From the IMG/VR virus record IMGVR_UViG_3300045988_003806: DNA of 5,889 bases; one strand, given 5' to 3'. This stretch comes from a virus. The position numbers were made by a program, and so were the translations under genes. This document shows positions 5,318 through 5,889 of this stretch, in pieces. The number at the start of each line of letters is the position of its first letter. The first letter of the stretch is position 1. A model generated the notes under the pieces. That model made no database searches. It was given only the letters and a program-made list of their open reading frames with translations, and was not told where the DNA came from.

Positions 5318-5356
5318 CTTCAATGCAAAATTCTTCTAACTTTTTTTCAAAAAATC

Positions 5357-5385
5357 TCGACTTTCTTCTAAAAATATAGTACAAT
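5357..5385 (+). promoter_or_regulatory. Candidate sigma70-type promoter for the small two-gene cassette.
   Basis: TCGACT (5357-5362), 17 nt, then TACAAT (5380-5385), inside an AT-rich tract about 20 nt upstream of the 5405/5414 start. Motif match only. Confidence 0.3.
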
Positions 5386-5404
5386 AAAATCACAGAAAGG
5401 AAAA

Positions 5405-5599
5405 GTGAACGCCATGTTGCACAGTTATGAAATCCGAAGATTTGACAACAACGGAGATACACACATCGTCGATTGGTTCAAGGAAGAGCCAAAAGTCGCA
5501 AAGCAAAAGCTGAAAAAGTACGCAAAGAAAAATCCCGGGATATACTCGCTGTACCAAGTTCAGCACGTAGCAAGCTGCTTCACGGTAAAGGAGAACTAA
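5405..5599 (+). CDS. Hypothetical 64-aa protein (61 aa if it starts at the ATG at 5414). Lys-rich centre, no family recognised.
   Basis: GTG at 5405 or ATG at 5414, downstream of AAAGGA (5396-5401). The stop (5597-5599) is 1 nt before the next ATG, and the next gene's RBS lies inside its 3' end, suggesting a coupled pair. Confidence 0.5.
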   Translation: MNAMLHSYEIRRFDNNGDTHIVDWFKEEPKVAKQKLKKYAKKNPGIYSLYQVQHVASCFTVKEN

Positions 5600-5600
5600 T

Positions 5601-5783
5601 ATGACTAGTATACGGTTTGCAAGTAACAAACAGTTACTCTACATGAAGTACAGATACGAATATTGTAAAGGGGATTGTGAGAGCTGCCCATGCAAAGTCG
5701 AAGGACACCGTTGCAGATACGTATACGAAGAAGTCAAAAAGGAACTCGACGAACGAAATAAAAGACCGGGAAAAGGGGATTGA
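5601..5783 (+). CDS. Hypothetical 60-aa Cys-rich protein (C-x3-C-x2-C-x-C-x4-H-x-C) with a basic/acidic helical tail. Putative metal-binding small protein.
   Basis: Good RBS AAGGAG (5588-5593) 7 nt before the ATG at 5601. Cys/His cluster at aa 22-38 (nt 5664-5714). The stop codon lies in the loop of the downstream terminator. Confidence 0.55.
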   Translation: MTSIRFASNKQLLYMKYRYEYCKGDCESCPCKVEGHRCRYVYEEVKKELDERNKRPGKGD

Positions 5784-5800
5784 CGATCCCCTTTTTTTTT
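5771..5800 (+). terminator. Strong rho-independent terminator spanning the circular junction.
   Basis: AAAAGGGGAT (5771-5780), loop TGACG, ATCCCCTTTT (5786-5795), with a T9 run (5792-5800, equivalent to window nt 2-10). Confidence 0.75.
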
Positions 5801-5889
5801 GATACAACATAAATAGTCAAACAGCACAAAGATGTGCTCAACAAACTCTGTTTTTACAAAAATAACTTTATGAAAGAGGTGAACTGCCC
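5791..5889. repeat. Terminal redundancy, copy 2 (identical to 1-99).
   Basis: Same 99-nt string as the window start. See the first feature. Confidence 0.95.

Noticed and set aside
5174-5371. 65-aa + strand ORF across the iteron, GC-hairpin and promoter region.
   Set aside because: No RBS. Its VESVESVEN stretch is simply the translated iterons, and it runs through the predicted hairpins and promoter. More parsimonious as noncoding.
115-5827. All minus-strand ORFs in the track: 115-453, 790-993, 1288-1599, 1786-1992, 2155-2979 (274 aa), 2319-2501, 3243-3425, 3489-3725, 3497-3898, 3923-4141, 4148-4354, 4455-4652, 5244-5462, 5390-5629 and 5639-5827.
   Set aside because: Each lies antisense to a well-supported + strand gene or to structured noncoding DNA. 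None has a visible RBS, and their products are Cys/Leu/Val-rich low-complexity translations typical of antisense frames. Microviridae are known to encode all genes on one strand.

Overview
The window is one complete, circularly closed genome of a small ssDNA phage of the family Microviridae, gokushovirus-like. Nt 1-99 are identical to nt 5791-5889, so the true unit is 5790 nt and the window is a circular assembly with a 99-nt overlap. All credible genes are on the + strand. The core module is tightly packed and partly overlapping: VP5-like protein (643-879), internal scaffold VP3 (857-1336), major capsid VP1 (1333-2982), pilot/minor capsid VP2 (3024-3884) and HUH rolling-circle replication initiator VP4 (3885-4904). 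The ORF track misses two sub-60-aa ORFs wedged between 432 and 643. One is a 33-aa highly basic peptide ending in MRGGIRL, a gokushovirus ORF8/J-like DNA-binding candidate. The other is a 32-aa single-transmembrane peptide joined to it by a GTGA overlap. The unusual part is the arc of about 1.5 kb between the VP4 stop and the VP5 start, running across the circular junction, which holds no core gene. It contains a 500-nt noncoding region with a long hairpin/terminator, a duplicated alternating purine-pyrimidine GC block, a (GTA)5 tract, eight same-strand TGTTGAA iterons in three clusters and a GC-rich hairpin cluster. It also contains a two-gene cassette (5405-5783, including a Cys-rich 60-aa protein) ending in a strong terminator, with a tentative promoter upstream, plus orphan ORFs at 120-203 and 205-432. 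I see no integrase, lysis enzyme, tRNA, CRISPR array or transposon. Family assignments come from motif recognition by eye, not from a search.
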